From NCBI RefSeq assembly GCF_009914755.1, contig NC_060932.1: a stretch of 64,000 nt of DNA; one strand, given 5' to 3'. Position numbers and translations under genes: made by a program. Positions within the stretch are counted from its first letter, which is position 1; the number at the start of each line of letters is the position of its first letter. Shown here one piece after another: positions 10,929 to 23,406 of this stretch. The notes under the pieces are model-generated. The model saw only the letters and a program-made list of their open reading frames with translations. It did no database searches and was not told the DNA's origin. This DNA comes from the human T2T-CHM13v2.0 reference genome, Homo sapiens.

Positions 10929-13900
10929 ATGATGGCACGTCGGGACCCCAAATCTTGGGCCAAGAGACTGGTGAGAGCCCAGACCCTCCAGAAGCAGCGG
11001 AGGGCCCCAGTTGGGCCAAGGGCTCCCCCGCCCGATGAAGAAGATCCCAGGGTAAGTCTAGCCCTGGATCTCTTGGGTATCGGGGTGGGGGTGGGGACGG
11101 GGGGAGGCGGTGTCCCACGGTCCTCAGAGACTGGGTTGGATTCCAAAGAGTTCTGTCACCACCAGCCAGGTTGCTTTTCCCATCCAAGGTGGGCGTGGCT
11201 TGGGACCTTCTCCCCGGCCCGATAGGTCCCTTGAGAGACTCTTGGGGGCAACCTCCCTTTCTACTTCGAGTCCTGTGTAGCCACGTTTGGCTGCGTTGTT
11301 GACATCGGCTTCACCATCGTGCCCCTTGGAACCTTGAGTCCTTCCTTTCAGAGTTCCTCCGTCACAAGGGCTTTGCGAGGGAACATCGTATCCGAACTCT
11401 CCCAGCACTTAACGGCCCCCATGCCGGTGTCCCCTCTTTGGAATCCTTATTCAGCTCTGAATTCACAATCCGTCCCAATGTTGACGTGGGATCGCTGCCT
11501 GTGGCTTCAGCTCACTCACTGACATCACTTCCTTTCCACCCACAGCTCAAGTGCAAAAACTGCGGGGCCTTTGGCCACACGGCCAGAAGTACCACGTGCC
11601 CCATGAAGTGCTGGAAGGCAGCCCTGGTTCCAGCGACCTTGGGGAAAAAGGAAGGGAAGGAAAACCTGAAACCATGGAAGCCCCGGGGTGAAGCCAACCC
11701 GGGGCCCTTGAACAAGGATAAGGGAGAGAAGGAAGAGAGACCAAGGTGAGCAGTGGGAGGGGTTTTCACCACTCTTAGGGTGCTGCCTCCTAAGGAGATG
11801 GTGTCTCTGCACCTGCACACCGTGTGCCTTTCCGTCTCCGGGCCAGGGAAGGAGCGCTGCAGAGAAATAGGCCGGAGCTCCGTGTCCTCCGGGGTTCCAC
11901 ACCCAGGAGCTCCTTGGGCTCTGGGAGATTCAGGGACGGGGAGAGGCGGGGGCGCTTCGTGCAGGTTCCCCACGACAGCGGGAAAAGCGATGGAATCCAA
12001 ATCACAGTCCTTAGTCGGGAAACCTAGAGGGCCACCTGGAGGATGGGAAGGTTGGCACGTGAGGGAAGGTGCAGAGGCGGAAAGGGCACCAGATGTCCAT
12101 TTCTGTATCACAAAACACGGAATGGGGCTGGGCCCCAGACGGGGTTCTCCCTGTCTCCTGGGGAAAACCAGGGGGCACCGCCTGACCTTTTTCTGTTCTG
12201 CAGGCAACAAGACCCGCAGAGGAAGGCTCTCCTCCACATGTTTTCCGGGAAACCTCCAGAGAAGCCGCTGCCGAATGGAAAAGGATCCACGGAATCTTCT
12301 GAGCATCTGAGGGTGAGTGTCACCCCGGGCCCCTGGTCCTTTTCTCCTCTAGGTCACCCTGGTTGATTTCCTTTCAGCTTCCCGTCTGTGGGAGGAAATC
12401 GGGGAACCCCTCTTTCTTGCCTTCTTGGGGTCAGGGACTCCACAATCCTTCCAGGTCAATTGGATTCCAGGCGAAGGCATCTGAACATGCCGTATTTCCT
12501 GTTGCTTTCTTTCTGTCCAATTATGGCAAGCCTGCCAACAACACGTTCCTAGCGGCATGAGGAAATTAGTCCCTCAGAGGCCCCAAACGTGGAGAAGGCG
12601 AAACCCAGGAACATGCATGTGTTCAGAGAAGACGTCCCGAGTACCCTTGAGCCACCAACCTGCCTCGGGAAGGGCATTAGTCCGTTCCACTTCATGGAAG
12701 GCTGAGTGGAGGCGCTTTGATCCAGTTAATGCCCAAGACGCGATCTTTTGAACAATGGTGTGCTTAGATCAGCTACACATAGCTCGAGAGCGCACCTTTC
12801 ATGTGTCTTGTCCTGATCAGCACTCAGGTGGAGGGATCTGTCCCTACTTCCAAGGACCGCCTGTCGATACTGTACTAAGAATTTCATGGCGTGTGCACCT
12901 TGTCTTTGGATATGTTTGATTTTCACGTTGGCTCCATGCCGTGGAACTTCTAACCTGTGTTGTTTCCTCTCTTTCAGGTTGCAAGCGGGCCAATGCCGGT
13001 CCACACAACCAGTAAGAGGCCGCGCGTGGACCCTGTCCTCGCTGATCGCTCAGCTACCGAAATGTCTGGCAGGGGCTCCGTCTTGGCTTCACTGTCTCCC
13101 CTCAGAAAAGCCAGCCTGAGCTCCTCCTCAAGTCTTGGACCAAAGGAAAGACAGACAGGGGCTGCGGCCGACATCCCTCAGCCTGCATTCAGGCACCAGG
13201 GCCCCGAGCCTCTCCTCGTGGTGAAGCCGACACACAGCAGCCCTGAGGGTGGCTGCCGAGAAGTTCCCCAGGCTGCCTCCAAAACCCACGGCCTGCTCCA
13301 GGCCGCCAGACCCCAGGCACAAGACAAACGTCCTGCGGTGACCTCACAGCCCTGCCCGCCAGCCGCCACACACAGCTTGGGCCTAGGCTCCAATCTCAGC
13401 TTCGGGCCGGGAGCCAAGAGACCTGCCCAGGCTCCGATTCAGGCTTGCCTGAACTTCCCCAAGAAACCGAGACTGGGTCCCTTCCAGATCCCCGAAAGCG
13501 CCATCCAGGGAGGTGAGCTGGGGGCCCCGGAGAATCTCCAACCTCCGCCAGCCGCAACCGAACTTGGACCAAGTACGTCGCCCCAGATGGGCAGGAGGAC
13601 ACCGGCCCAGGTGCCCAGCGTCGACTGGCAGCCTCCGCACAGCACACCTTGCCTGCCTACTGCCCAGGCCTGCACCATGTCCCATCACCCAGCGGCCGGC
13701 CATGATGGGGCCCAGCCTCTCAGAGTGCTCTTCCGGAGACTGGAAAACGGACGCTGGAGCTCCAGCCTCCTGGCCGCCCCCTCATTTCACTCTCCTGAGA
13801 AGCCGGGAGCCTTCCTCGCTCAGAGCCCTCATGTGTCAGAGAAGTCTGAGGCTCCCTGTGTTCGTGTCCCACCGAGCGTCCTCTATGAGGACCTTCAGGT

Positions 13901-13940
13901 TTCCTCCTCCTCAGAGGACAGCGATTCTGACCTGGAGTGA
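10929..13940 (+). CDS. FAM90A: FAM90A family protein, 464 aa; join(10929..11051,11546..11745,12204..12312,12978..13940); last gene of the array
   Basis: All introns GT-AG, no stops or frameshifts, knuckle CKNCGAFGHTARSTTC. Confidence 0.94.
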
Positions 13941-14480
13941 GACTGCAGGTGGCAGGGGCTCCTTGGCCTCCAGCTCCCGTGACTTGGAGGGGACTGTGGG
14001 ACTGAGGAGCGCAGAGCAGAGAGCACACTCTGTGCGGTGACTCCGAAGCTCCCCGGCTGTGGCGCTTCTGTGGATGTGGGAGCCCAGGCCAGGCAGGGAG
14101 CAGATGCAGGGACTCTGCCTCATTGAATTCTGGTGAGGGACGTTGTAGTTGGCGTGGTTCTCCCGAAACGCGCCAGGAAAAGCTTCCGTGCCAGAGATTC
14201 GTTGCCTCAGAAACTGCGTGACGCGCAGGAGTCAGACTTCCGCTGGGACGTCAATAGGAAACTGGGGAATTACTGTGTATTTGCTGTCTAGATGACTGAA
14301 TAAGGGAAAAGTTAGGGAACCCTGAGAGGTGCAGCCCTTCCGCTGTGCCCCGCCCTGAGAGCAGTGTTTCGGACGCTGGGAAGCGTGCTGTGCGAAGCGC
14401 TCTCGGGGTCTTTCCTCAGCCTCGAAAACTGGGCTCTGGAATGCCTTTGTACATATGTGTGTTTAATGTGTTTTGAAGTG

Positions 14481-14486
14481 AATAAA
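14481..14486 (+). terminator. FAM90A polyadenylation signal (copy 2)
   Basis: AATAAA at the paralogous position. Confidence 0.7.
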
Positions 14487-14554
14487 ATTCTCAAAAAGAT
14501 GACATATTGTCTTTTGACTCTCATTCCGTGTTTGTGTGTAACTGATTTTCCAAG

Positions 14555-15595
14555 TGAAGGGGTGGCCCGCCCCTCCACACCTGTGGGTGTTTCTAGTCGG
14601 GTGGGATGAGAGACGGAGAAAAGAAATCAGACACAGAGACAAAGTATAGGGAGACAACAGTGGGTCCAGGGGACCGGCACTCAGCACACCAAGGACCTGC
14701 ACCGGCACCGGCCTCTGAGTTCCCGCAGTTTTTATTGATTATGATGTTCATTATTTCAGCACAAAGGAATGTAGTAGGGGAGCAGGGTGATAATAAGGGG
14801 AAGGTCAACAAAAAAAAAAAACAAAAAAAAAAAAACACGTGAGCAAAAGAATCCATATCATTATTAAGTTCAAGGGAAGGTACTATGCCTGGACGTGCAC
14901 GTAGGCCAGATTTATGTTTCTCTCCACCCAAACATCTCAGCGGAGTAAAGAATAACAAGGCAGCATTACTGCCAACATGTCTCGCCTCCCGCCGCAGGGC
15001 TGCTTTTCTCCGAGCTCAGAGTTGAACAAATGTACGATCGGGCTTTACACCGAGACATTCAGTTCCCAGGGGCAAGCAGGAGACAGTGGCCTTCCTCCAT
15101 CTGAACTGCAAGAGGCTTTCCTCTTTGACTAATCCACCTCAGCACAGACCCATTGCGGGTGTCGGGCTGGGGGACAGTCAGGTCTTTCCCATCCCACGAG
15201 GCCATATTTCAGACTGTCACATGGGGAGAAACCTTGGACAATACCCTGCTTTCAAGGGCAGAGGTCCCTGTGGCTTTCCACGGTGCATTGCACTCCTGGT
15301 TTATTGAGACTAGAGAATGGCAATGACTTCTACCAAGTATACTGCTCTTAAACATTTGGTTAACAAGGCGCGTCCTGCACAGCCCTAGATCCCTTAAACC
15401 TCGATTTTCTACAACACAGGTTTTTTGTGAGCTCCAAGTTGGGTCAAAGGAAGGGGCTGCAGCAAAGCTACAAATGATCAACATCTCAGCAAAGCAATTG
15501 TTTAAACTACAGGTCTTTTTCAAAATGGAGTCTCTTATGTCTTCCCCTTCTACATAGACACAGTGACAGTCTGATCTCTCTTTCTTTACCCTACA
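14555..15595 (-). mobile_element. Solo LTR5A (third copy)
   Basis: Same termini; TSD TCCAAG / TCCACG with one mismatch; internal A-tract expanded. Confidence 0.92.
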
Positions 15596-15751
15596 TCCAC
15601 GGGCTTGAACATTTCTTGACTTGTTGGCAATCCAAATCGTTACGTCTCCGAAACAGAGTTGACTGATGGGACCGCAGGTCTGGGCAGGACTTTGACTTCC
15701 TATACATCCACAGGAGCAAGAAAACCTCAGCCCCACTCTACCAACACGCAC

Positions 15752-16024
15752 CTAGTAAAATTCCGCCAACCGAATCTCACGCACGCTAACACGTGGGGAG
15801 CGTTGCTTGCACCACGAGTCCCCATTTGGCTCAACCGCCGATGCCAAGTGTGTGGTTCCAGTTGCGACGGCCCCCTGTGAAGTGGCTTCCGGATGTGCGA
15901 ATGAACCAGGCAGCGTTTCACTGGCCAAATAGACCCCAGCAAAACTGAAGTTAACTCCCACATTTGGGATGTACTTCAGAGGTAAAACATTCATCCCGTC
16001 TTCTTTCCGGATGTCTGACACCAT
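15752..16024 (-). other. Candidate 90-aa antisense ORF (copy 3, one R>Q change)
   Basis: Intact; 4 substitutions versus copy 1, of which 3 are synonymous. Confidence 0.35.
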
Positions 16025-17692
16025 GGTTCTCCCCCTGATCCTAAGAGTAGCTGAGGTAGAGACTCACTGAAAGATCTAGGCAGGGATATCCCATCATGCA
16101 CAGGCTCTCTCCATTCTCTGACCTGGGAACAACTCTCAGCAGGATTCCACATCTAGGAGGCCTCGGAACTCAGTGGGATTTTCTGAGACACACCAACTGG
16201 CTGCTCCCTCTCCGCCGCTGTTGAGGGTCGTTATCTTGATTATCCAGATCACCTAGAAAGTATCCGTATCCAGAATGAATAAGATCAACTCTCTGCTCCT
16301 CTGACAGCAGAAGGAGCAGGACCATAAGGAACCAAAGAGCGTGGAAGGAAACGATGTGACAGGAAAGCTCAGAGAACCGCCACAGGGGGTCGTCAGCAGG
16401 CCTTCCAACCTGAATCATGAATAATTAATGAAGCGCAAATCAAAGGGGACTCGAGTTTCAGCAGGAGCAATTCATCCAACGGGAGATCGCCGGAGGGCCA
16501 ACAAGATTGAGAGACTGGGAGCCGGGTGCAGTGTCAAAGGGGACGCGACTGGTTCCAAAGCTCGAGAAGACCATGGGGTCACTTGGGCTACATGAGAAAA
16601 TGCCCCAGTGTGCTGGTTCATCATTCCGACTCCTGCCTGTCTCTTCCGGTTCAGGGAACATAGACCCTCACTTGTGTTATCCAGTTGTCGTTCTTTTTTT
16701 AGATACTTATGCAGTGATACACAACTGTAACTATTTTTTAAATTTATATTAGGCCTCTCCTCATAAGATACATTAATCAAGAGCCTTTCCATTGTGTTTC
16801 AAAACACAGTAGCATCTCACTCTACACACCGGACATGCCTGGTTACTGTTTTATCCAACATGTTTGAAATCAGCATTGTGATTGCCTTTTTTTTTCTACA
16901 CGAAGGAGATAGAAACTTGTCTGTCCTCCTCAAAGTTATGGCCCTGCCTTTATAAAAAAAATGCTGCCCAAATCATGAAATTTAGTGTACAGGTATATGA
17001 AATACAAACCAAAAATTGAAAACAAAACTTAGGAATGGCAAGTGGTAATGTAAACTTGATGAGCCAGAGCAGAAGCGTGTCTCACTTGGAAGCAATCACA
17101 GCAGTCACCACTATTTCATCCTATAATTTCAGTATTTATTGAAAAGTATTGGCCTGGGGAGTGTGGGGAACCTGAACAAAGACAAGGACTGGGTCACAGC
17201 ACGGAGAAAATGGTGAAAATCTCAGGGCATACATACAGTGTCAAGCTTAGGAATTATTATCTATACATCAGACCAATGACTACATGGACACCAGCAATCA
17301 AGGGGCTGTGTTAGCCCTGGGAGTGAGCAGAGTTCTTCAGGTGAATTTTCACGCCACTGAAAGCATGCTGAAAGCAGAACCCTCACGTTGAGGAGTAAGG
17401 GATTTGATTGAGTGTGGTTGCATTTAAGAGGTTGAATATGGAAGAGAAATTCTAAGGGACACTGTGTGCCAAGTGAAATGGGAGCACTTTATTTACACAC
17501 CTTGCAGTTCTTCGTCTCCCTGCAGCATCTGGGATCCTCTGCTAGTGAGCACAATGGATCATGATGGGAAACAGAGAAGGGGAAGCAAGAGGTTCCTGGA
17601 ACTACTCTCCCTCCACATTTTAGGGCATGCACTGACTAAGGATTTGGCCAATCTCTGATCTATCAATGTAAGTGGTGGATCTTGGCTACATC

Positions 17693-18610
17693 CCTTCTTG
17701 AAAACACATCTTCGTGCTCTGGTTGGAGAACTATGGTGAACCCTGTGGCAGACCTGAGTGCTGGACTTGGTGAAGGGTGCATAGGTCTGAGGGAGGAGTT
17801 GGGCAAAGTCTCCATCCTATACAGGCTGAAGCTGAGATTGGCTGGTCTAGCGAATCCCACTGGACTAGGTGTGGTTGGTAAAGGGTAGGGCACAGAGGAG
17901 AAAGTATGCAATGCGCAGTAGGATTATTGAAAGAGAAGCGCTGAGCCAAGCAACATGGTTTTCTTCGGATCTCATCAAGGGCTGGTGACATACGGGTTCT
18001 GCCTCCCCCTCTTCTGTAGGTGAGCGCGGCACATTGTCTCTTTCATGTCTGAGGTGTCTCTGTCTTGAACATGGAACTCCAAGGTGAAGTCATCCACAGA
18101 GTGCTAGATGTAATCGATCTGCAGAGGGAACTGCAGGCCATCCAGTGACCTCAGGACATGCTCAGGCACAACCACAAATACGCTGTTACCCAGGGTCAGG
18201 GCAGGGCTGTCTGTGGGGACAGGATGAGGACATACTCTTCCAGTCTCAGTGTGAGTTCTGTCCCTTGTTCCGGGACCACGATGATGAACGTCTCTGTGCT
18301 GGAATTCTGCTGCTGCTGTGGAACGACAGCCCTCAGTCCACTGCCTTCAAAAAAGACTGCAAATGATGCTCCTGGGGAGGGAGCTGGAGCAGCTTCACCC
18401 TCTACAACTTTAAAATACAAATTTCCTCCTAGAAGTGGCAGTCATGCTGACCCTGCTGAATGCACCACCACTGGATGTGTCTTGTGGCCTGGAGATTATG
18501 CAACATAGTCCAATCTTTGCTATCCATGAACATAGGGAGTTACCTGGGGTGATTCCAGGCCTGGAATGAATTCATGTGAGGAATTCTTTGAAGTAAGGGT
18601 GTTTCTGCAT
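17693..18610 (-). pseudogene. Diverged PRR23D-like gene fragment (last two coding exons only)
   Basis: Exon 18544-18610 is 67 nt (68 in the intact gene). Last exon from 18315 reads QQQNSSTETFIIVVPEQGTELTLRLEE..., then frameshift and stops, ending PTRARRCVFKK. AATAAA at 17488-17493. Upstream exons are replaced by an LTR. Confidence 0.88.
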
Positions 18611-18689
18611 CTGTGGTGAGACCACAGTGAGGGAGGTTAAGGCTCCCCACCTTTTTTTCTTCTTTCTTTCTTTCCAGACACAGGAGATA

Positions 18690-19139
18690 ATCAACAAAGA
18701 CCAGGCTCCCTTTTAAATCCAATAAGAAACATTTTACAACCTACTCCCTCTCAAGTCTACTATCTGAAGGTTCCTCTGCACAGTAAAACTTGGCCTCCCC
18801 ACCTCTTTATCTTAACCTAAACATTTCCTTTCAATAGATCCCTGGTCTTAGATAAACTCATCCAATTATCAACCAGATAATTTTTAAATCTATCTATAAG
18901 CTGGAAGCCCCCCTCCTTCAAGTTGTCCCACTTTTCTGGATCAAATCAACGTATTTCTTAAATGCACTTAGTTGAAGTCATGTCTCCCTAAAATGCATAA
19001 AACCAAGCTGCACCCTGATCACCTTGGACACACGTTCTCAGAACCTCCTGAGGGCTGGGTCACACGACATGGTCAATCATATTTGGCTCAGAATAAATAT
19101 CTCCAAATATTTTGCAGAGTATGACTCTTTTCCTCAACA
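18690..19139 (+). mobile_element. ERV1 LTR, MER57-like (5' boundary approximate)
   Basis: 3' end CATATTTGGCTCAGAATAAATATCTCCAAATATTTTGCAGAGTATGACTCTTTTCCTCAACA is typical of MER57/MER4-group LTRs. Confidence 0.7.
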
Positions 19140-19225
19140 AGGTCATGATGATTAGGGTCAAAATTCACCGATATGAAGGACAGCCCCAATTTCTTGACTC
19201 AGAGAAATAAAGCAAGAGAAAACAC

Positions 19226-20432
19226 ATGGAGGAGGAGGAGGAGGAGGAGGAGAAGAACCTGGAGCTCCCGCCTGCCCCTGGGTGAGTCCTGGAGGTGGAA
19301 GGAGAGGTACTTGATCCTGAGTTGGCCCCTGCTCCACCTGAAACAGAACCCTGGAGTGCCACTCCCTGAATGCGGCCCAGCTCTACCCAGGTTAGACACT
19401 CCCTTGCCCTAGAGCCTGGGTCCTCCCTGGCCCCCGCTACCACTGCTTCCTCAGAGCCCAGGCCCAGTGCACCACATCTGCCTCTGCACGGCTCTGGGAG
19501 GGCTGCACCAAGGACAATCTAGTCTCAGAGGGGACTTCCTGGACACAGGCGGGTCCTGACACCCTGAGGGAACAGAGGAGAATGGCCTTCACAGGGGCTG
19601 CTGTCTTGGGGCTCACAGAAGCGGCCTCTCCAGCGACCAGACTCAGAACCTACCCAGAGGCCCAGGCTGGTGAGGATGCCCTGGCTGGGCCTTTCATGCG
19701 GATGAAGGCAGTTCCCACCTCAGCCAACGTCTAAAACCCCGAGGAGAATCAAACCTGAAAGAGTCCCTGTCCTCCTTCCCAGAGGGGAAACGCAGTTCCT
19801 GAAACCTCAGTAGAAGAGAAAATGCTGTGAGGGTTCAAGGGACCAAGGACGCCCTTCCCAGGCCAGCAAGGCCAGAGTAGGAGGAAGCTGCACCCACCTC
19901 CAGGGGACATGTGAGGTTTTAGAGGCTCAGGCAAGTCAAGGGCAAACGCCCTGTACTCCCCGCAGGGTCATGAGCACTCCCCACCTACTGGAGTTGGGCT
20001 CCAGAAGGCCAGGACATTATCCCTGCATCTCCCCTGCCTCCAGGACTCAGGCCTGAGCTCCCAGGTTGGCCAGGAAAAGCTAGTGGTAGCTCTAGCTGGC
20101 CATGGACATACAGGCTGGGACATGCAGGCCAACAAAGAGGTGCTGGGCCCTCAAGAGAACTTCTAGACTTCCTAGACACTCCAGAGACACAGAGACGTCC
20201 AGGCAGGACAGGGAGAGCCTGGAAGCAGCTGTGAGCAAGTGCAGGTGCCCGTCCCAACACACAGAGCTAAGCTCTGTTCAACCATTTGCTAAGCCAGACC
20301 CATCCCAGGGCCCAGAGGTGCAAACAGTGACCCCACTCAGGACTTGGAAGGAGGAGCACAGGAAAAGCCCCAAATTGGCCAAAAAAACTGTCAGAAATGT
20401 GGCAGTTATTTCATAAGTACATGAATAATAAA
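19226..20432 (+). pseudogene. Putative decayed intronless ORF (poly-Glu, Pro-rich), copy A
   Basis: Single frame from MEEEEEEEEKNLELPPAPG* to ...KTVRNVAVIS* (20416), interrupted by TGA/TAG stops; AATAAA at 20427-20432. Confidence 0.35.
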
Positions 20433-20910
20433 CCCAAACAATGGAAAACAAAACTAAACAAAGGCAAATGTGAATGGAAACGTGATGAGTGAGAGCAGGA
20501 GAGTGTCTCAGTTGGAAGCAAGCACAGCAGTCACCACTACTTCATTCAATGACGTCAAGATTTATTCAAAAGCATTGGCCTGGGGAGTGTAGGGAACCTG
20601 GACTAAGACAAGGAATGGGGCACAGCTTGGAGAAAAAGGGGAGAGTCTCAGGGCAGAAATAGAGCATCAGCCTTAGGAATTATTTATTGTGGCATCAGAC
20701 CAATGACTACAAGGACATCAGCATGCAAGGGGCGGTGTTAGCCCCCGGGAGTGAGCAGCTGTCTTCAGATGAACTTTCAGACCACGTCATGCTGGAAGCA
20801 GAACTCTCACATGGAGCAGTCAGGGATTTGATTGAGTGTGGTTGGATGTATGTGCTTAAATAGGAAGAGAAAGTCTAAGGGACAGTGTGTGTGAAGTGAA
20901 ATGTGAATGT

Positions 20911-20916
20911 TTTATT
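20911..20916 (-). terminator. PRR23D polyadenylation signal
   Basis: AATAAA on the minus strand ~195 nt after the stop, conserved in all three PRR23D copies. Confidence 0.75.
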
Positions 20917-21110
20917 TGAACTCCCTGCAGTTCTCCCCCTCCCTGCAGCATCTGGGACCCTCCGCTGTTGAAGACAGTGGTTGATGATGGGGAACAGCAA
21001 AGGGCAAGCAAGTGGTCAAATTACTTTCTCTCCACATTTCAGAGAATGCACTGACTAAGGATCTGGACAATCTCTGACCTATCAATGCAGGGGGTGGCTC
21101 TTGGGTTAAA

Positions 21111-23186
21111 TCACTTCCTAAAGAGACATCTCCGTGCCCTGCTGGGAGGCCTATGGTGAACCCTGTGATAGACCTGGGGACCAGGACTTGGTGAAGGGGG
21201 CATAGGTCTGAGGGAGGAGGTGCACAAGAGCTCCATACCATGCAGGCTGAAACTGGAGTCGGCTGGTCTAGGGCGTCCCACAGGACTAGGTGTGGGTGGT
21301 AGAGGGTAGCATTGGGGGAAGGCTGCCCAACAGCGTGGAATGCACAATGGGGTTACTAGGAAAGAAGGGCTGATCCCAGCCATGTGGTTTGCTTGGGGTA
21401 TCATCAAGGGCTGCTGATACAGGGGTGCTGCCTTCCCTTCTTCTGCAGGTGAAAAAGGCACATTCTCTCTTCTCATGTCTGAGATGTCTCCATCTTGAGC
21501 ATGGAACTCCAAGCTGAAGTCATCAACGGAAGGTATGATGTACTGGATCTGCACAGGGGACTGCAGGCCATCTTCTGACCTCAGGACATGCTCAGGGACA
21601 ATCACAAGGACTGTGTTCTCCAGGGTCAGCTGCAGCACTGTCTCTGGGGCCAAGATGAGGATGACCTCTTCCAGGCTCAACCTCACTTCTGTCCCTTGTT
21701 CCAGGACTATCATGAGCTCCTCAGTGCCAGAATCCTGCTGATTCTGTGGAAAGACAGTCCTCAGTATTCTGCCCTCCAAAAAGGCTGCAAATGATGCTCA
21801 TGGGGAGGGAGATGCCAGGAGCTTCACCCTTTACAACTTTAAAATACAAACTCCCTCCCAGAATTGGTGCTCATGCCAATCCACCTAAATATACATCCAC
21901 TGGATGTCCCTTGAACCTGAAGATTGTGCAGCACTGTCCAATCTTTGCTATGCAAGGACACAGGAACTTACCTGGGGAAGTTCCAGGGACTGGTATGAAT
22001 TCAGGTGTGGAGCTCCTGAAATTGAGGGTTTTTTTGCACCTGCAGAGAGACCACAGTGAGGGAGGTTAAGGCTCTCTTCCAGCAAGAGTCTCTTGCATTT
22101 CAGAATGTGACCTTCAGAAATCCACCACCCAGCACTGGCCAGCCTCAGGACACCAGCCCCCAACAGTCAAGCACGACTTTCCACTCACCCTGCAGAAAGC
22201 ACCCTCTCCATTTATGGTATCATGAGACATGACACTGACTTCCAGGCATGGGAATCTTAAAAAATATTAGGGAAAGTGCCTTACCTGTACTGGGACCCTG
22301 CTCCACTTGGCGACGTTTGGGTGGATTCATTTGTGTGGTAGCCAAACTGCAGGACAGAAAGGGACCCATCAATCTTCCACATAGTGACACAAAGTCCAAT
22401 TCTCACAAGCCCCAAACTTCATTAGTCATCCGGCACACATTGCTGCTGTGGCCCAAAATCACATGCACTTGTGTTCAGCTCCAAATCCTACCTGCATCCA
22501 GAAAGTCCTAACACTCATATCCCACCCTCTCCTTTTCTAGAGGCTTTTCCTATCGGTGCATGTGTGTGATAAGACATGGCGATCACAGGAAACAGTTTGC
22601 TTTTTCAGGAGCTCATCCACATGAGAAGGAGGGACATCAAATTTGGCCCGAGGACTTTAGGAGAAGATGCTGATTTTCCGGGTATCTAACCCCTGTGTCT
22701 ATGCAGTTACAGTGTGAATGGAGTGATAAATGACATGAAATGTTCCATTTTCTAGTGAGCACAAGGAAAAAATTTAGATCATGCCCACAGTTTACCTGTC
22801 TCCACACAAGAGGCAACTTCTGTTTACCCAGAGGACAGAGATTAACAATGGGAAGAAACATGAGATGAGCCCCCTGACAGGCTGCAGAAACCCCCCATGC
22901 TGGCTGCATCCTGTGGCCTCCACTGTGGGTCTCATGTCTCCCCAATGTGTTCTAAATTTATAACATTCAATGTCATGGCAGGCCAGGGTGTCTTCTCTGC
23001 CCTAGTTTGGCCCTTTAGCATACATTCACACACACACACACACATACAGTCACACACAGTCACATGTCAACCTCCTGGCAACCCAAAGTAGCCACATACT
23101 CCAACATACCTGGTCTCTCCTTCATTGTCATTCTGCGGTTCTGTCTGGGAATCTCTGGGGCTTCTTAAGCGCCGGTAACCATACAT
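21111..23186 (-). CDS. PRR23D2: Proline-rich protein 23D, 279 aa; complement join(23110..23186,22285..22346,21972..22039,21111..21743)
   Basis: MYGYRRLRSPRDSQTEPQNDNEGETS...RPPSRARRCLFRK. Exons 77+62+68+633 = 840 nt, all GT-AG. D1 versus D2 is inferred only from gene order and orientation. Confidence 0.92.
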
Positions 23187-23406
23187 GGTAAAAGTTCTCT
23201 GGACTTGCTTGTGTCAAAAAAATCTCAATCTTTGGCCTATTTTCTGTAAATCTATATAGTTCGTGCCTTGATCTTTTACTCTACCTGGAGAAAAATTATC
23301 AGCCTCTAGCACAGCACAGCCAGAGCATGGAAGAGTGTGTCCTGGCCTGGGACCGGTCAAATGGTGCTTTGGTAGAGTGAGCTCTTGGGGAAATCCTCCA
23401 AGGGTC

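Larger units (their letters stand above)
1..16647. repeat. FAM90A macrosatellite-like tandem array, unit ~7648 bp (about 2.2 units in the window; array ends at 16647)
   Basis: Identical ORFs recur at a 7648 offset (389/8037, 449/8097). A third partial copy (ORF 15752) follows ~7655 further on and stops at 16647. Confidence 0.98.

Noticed and set aside
15209-15751. 180-aa minus-strand ORF present only in unit 3
   Set aside because: Mostly LTR5A sequence, not conserved in the other units, and has a non-ATG start.
20383-20423. CQKCGSYF zinc-ribbon-like motif just before AATAAA
   Set aside because: A single CxxC in a frame with nearby upstream stops; its conservation is explained by the conversion tract.
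23244-23284. Extra 5'UTR intron in PRR23D
   Set aside because: Would be only 41 nt, and the donor is not conserved in the paralog.
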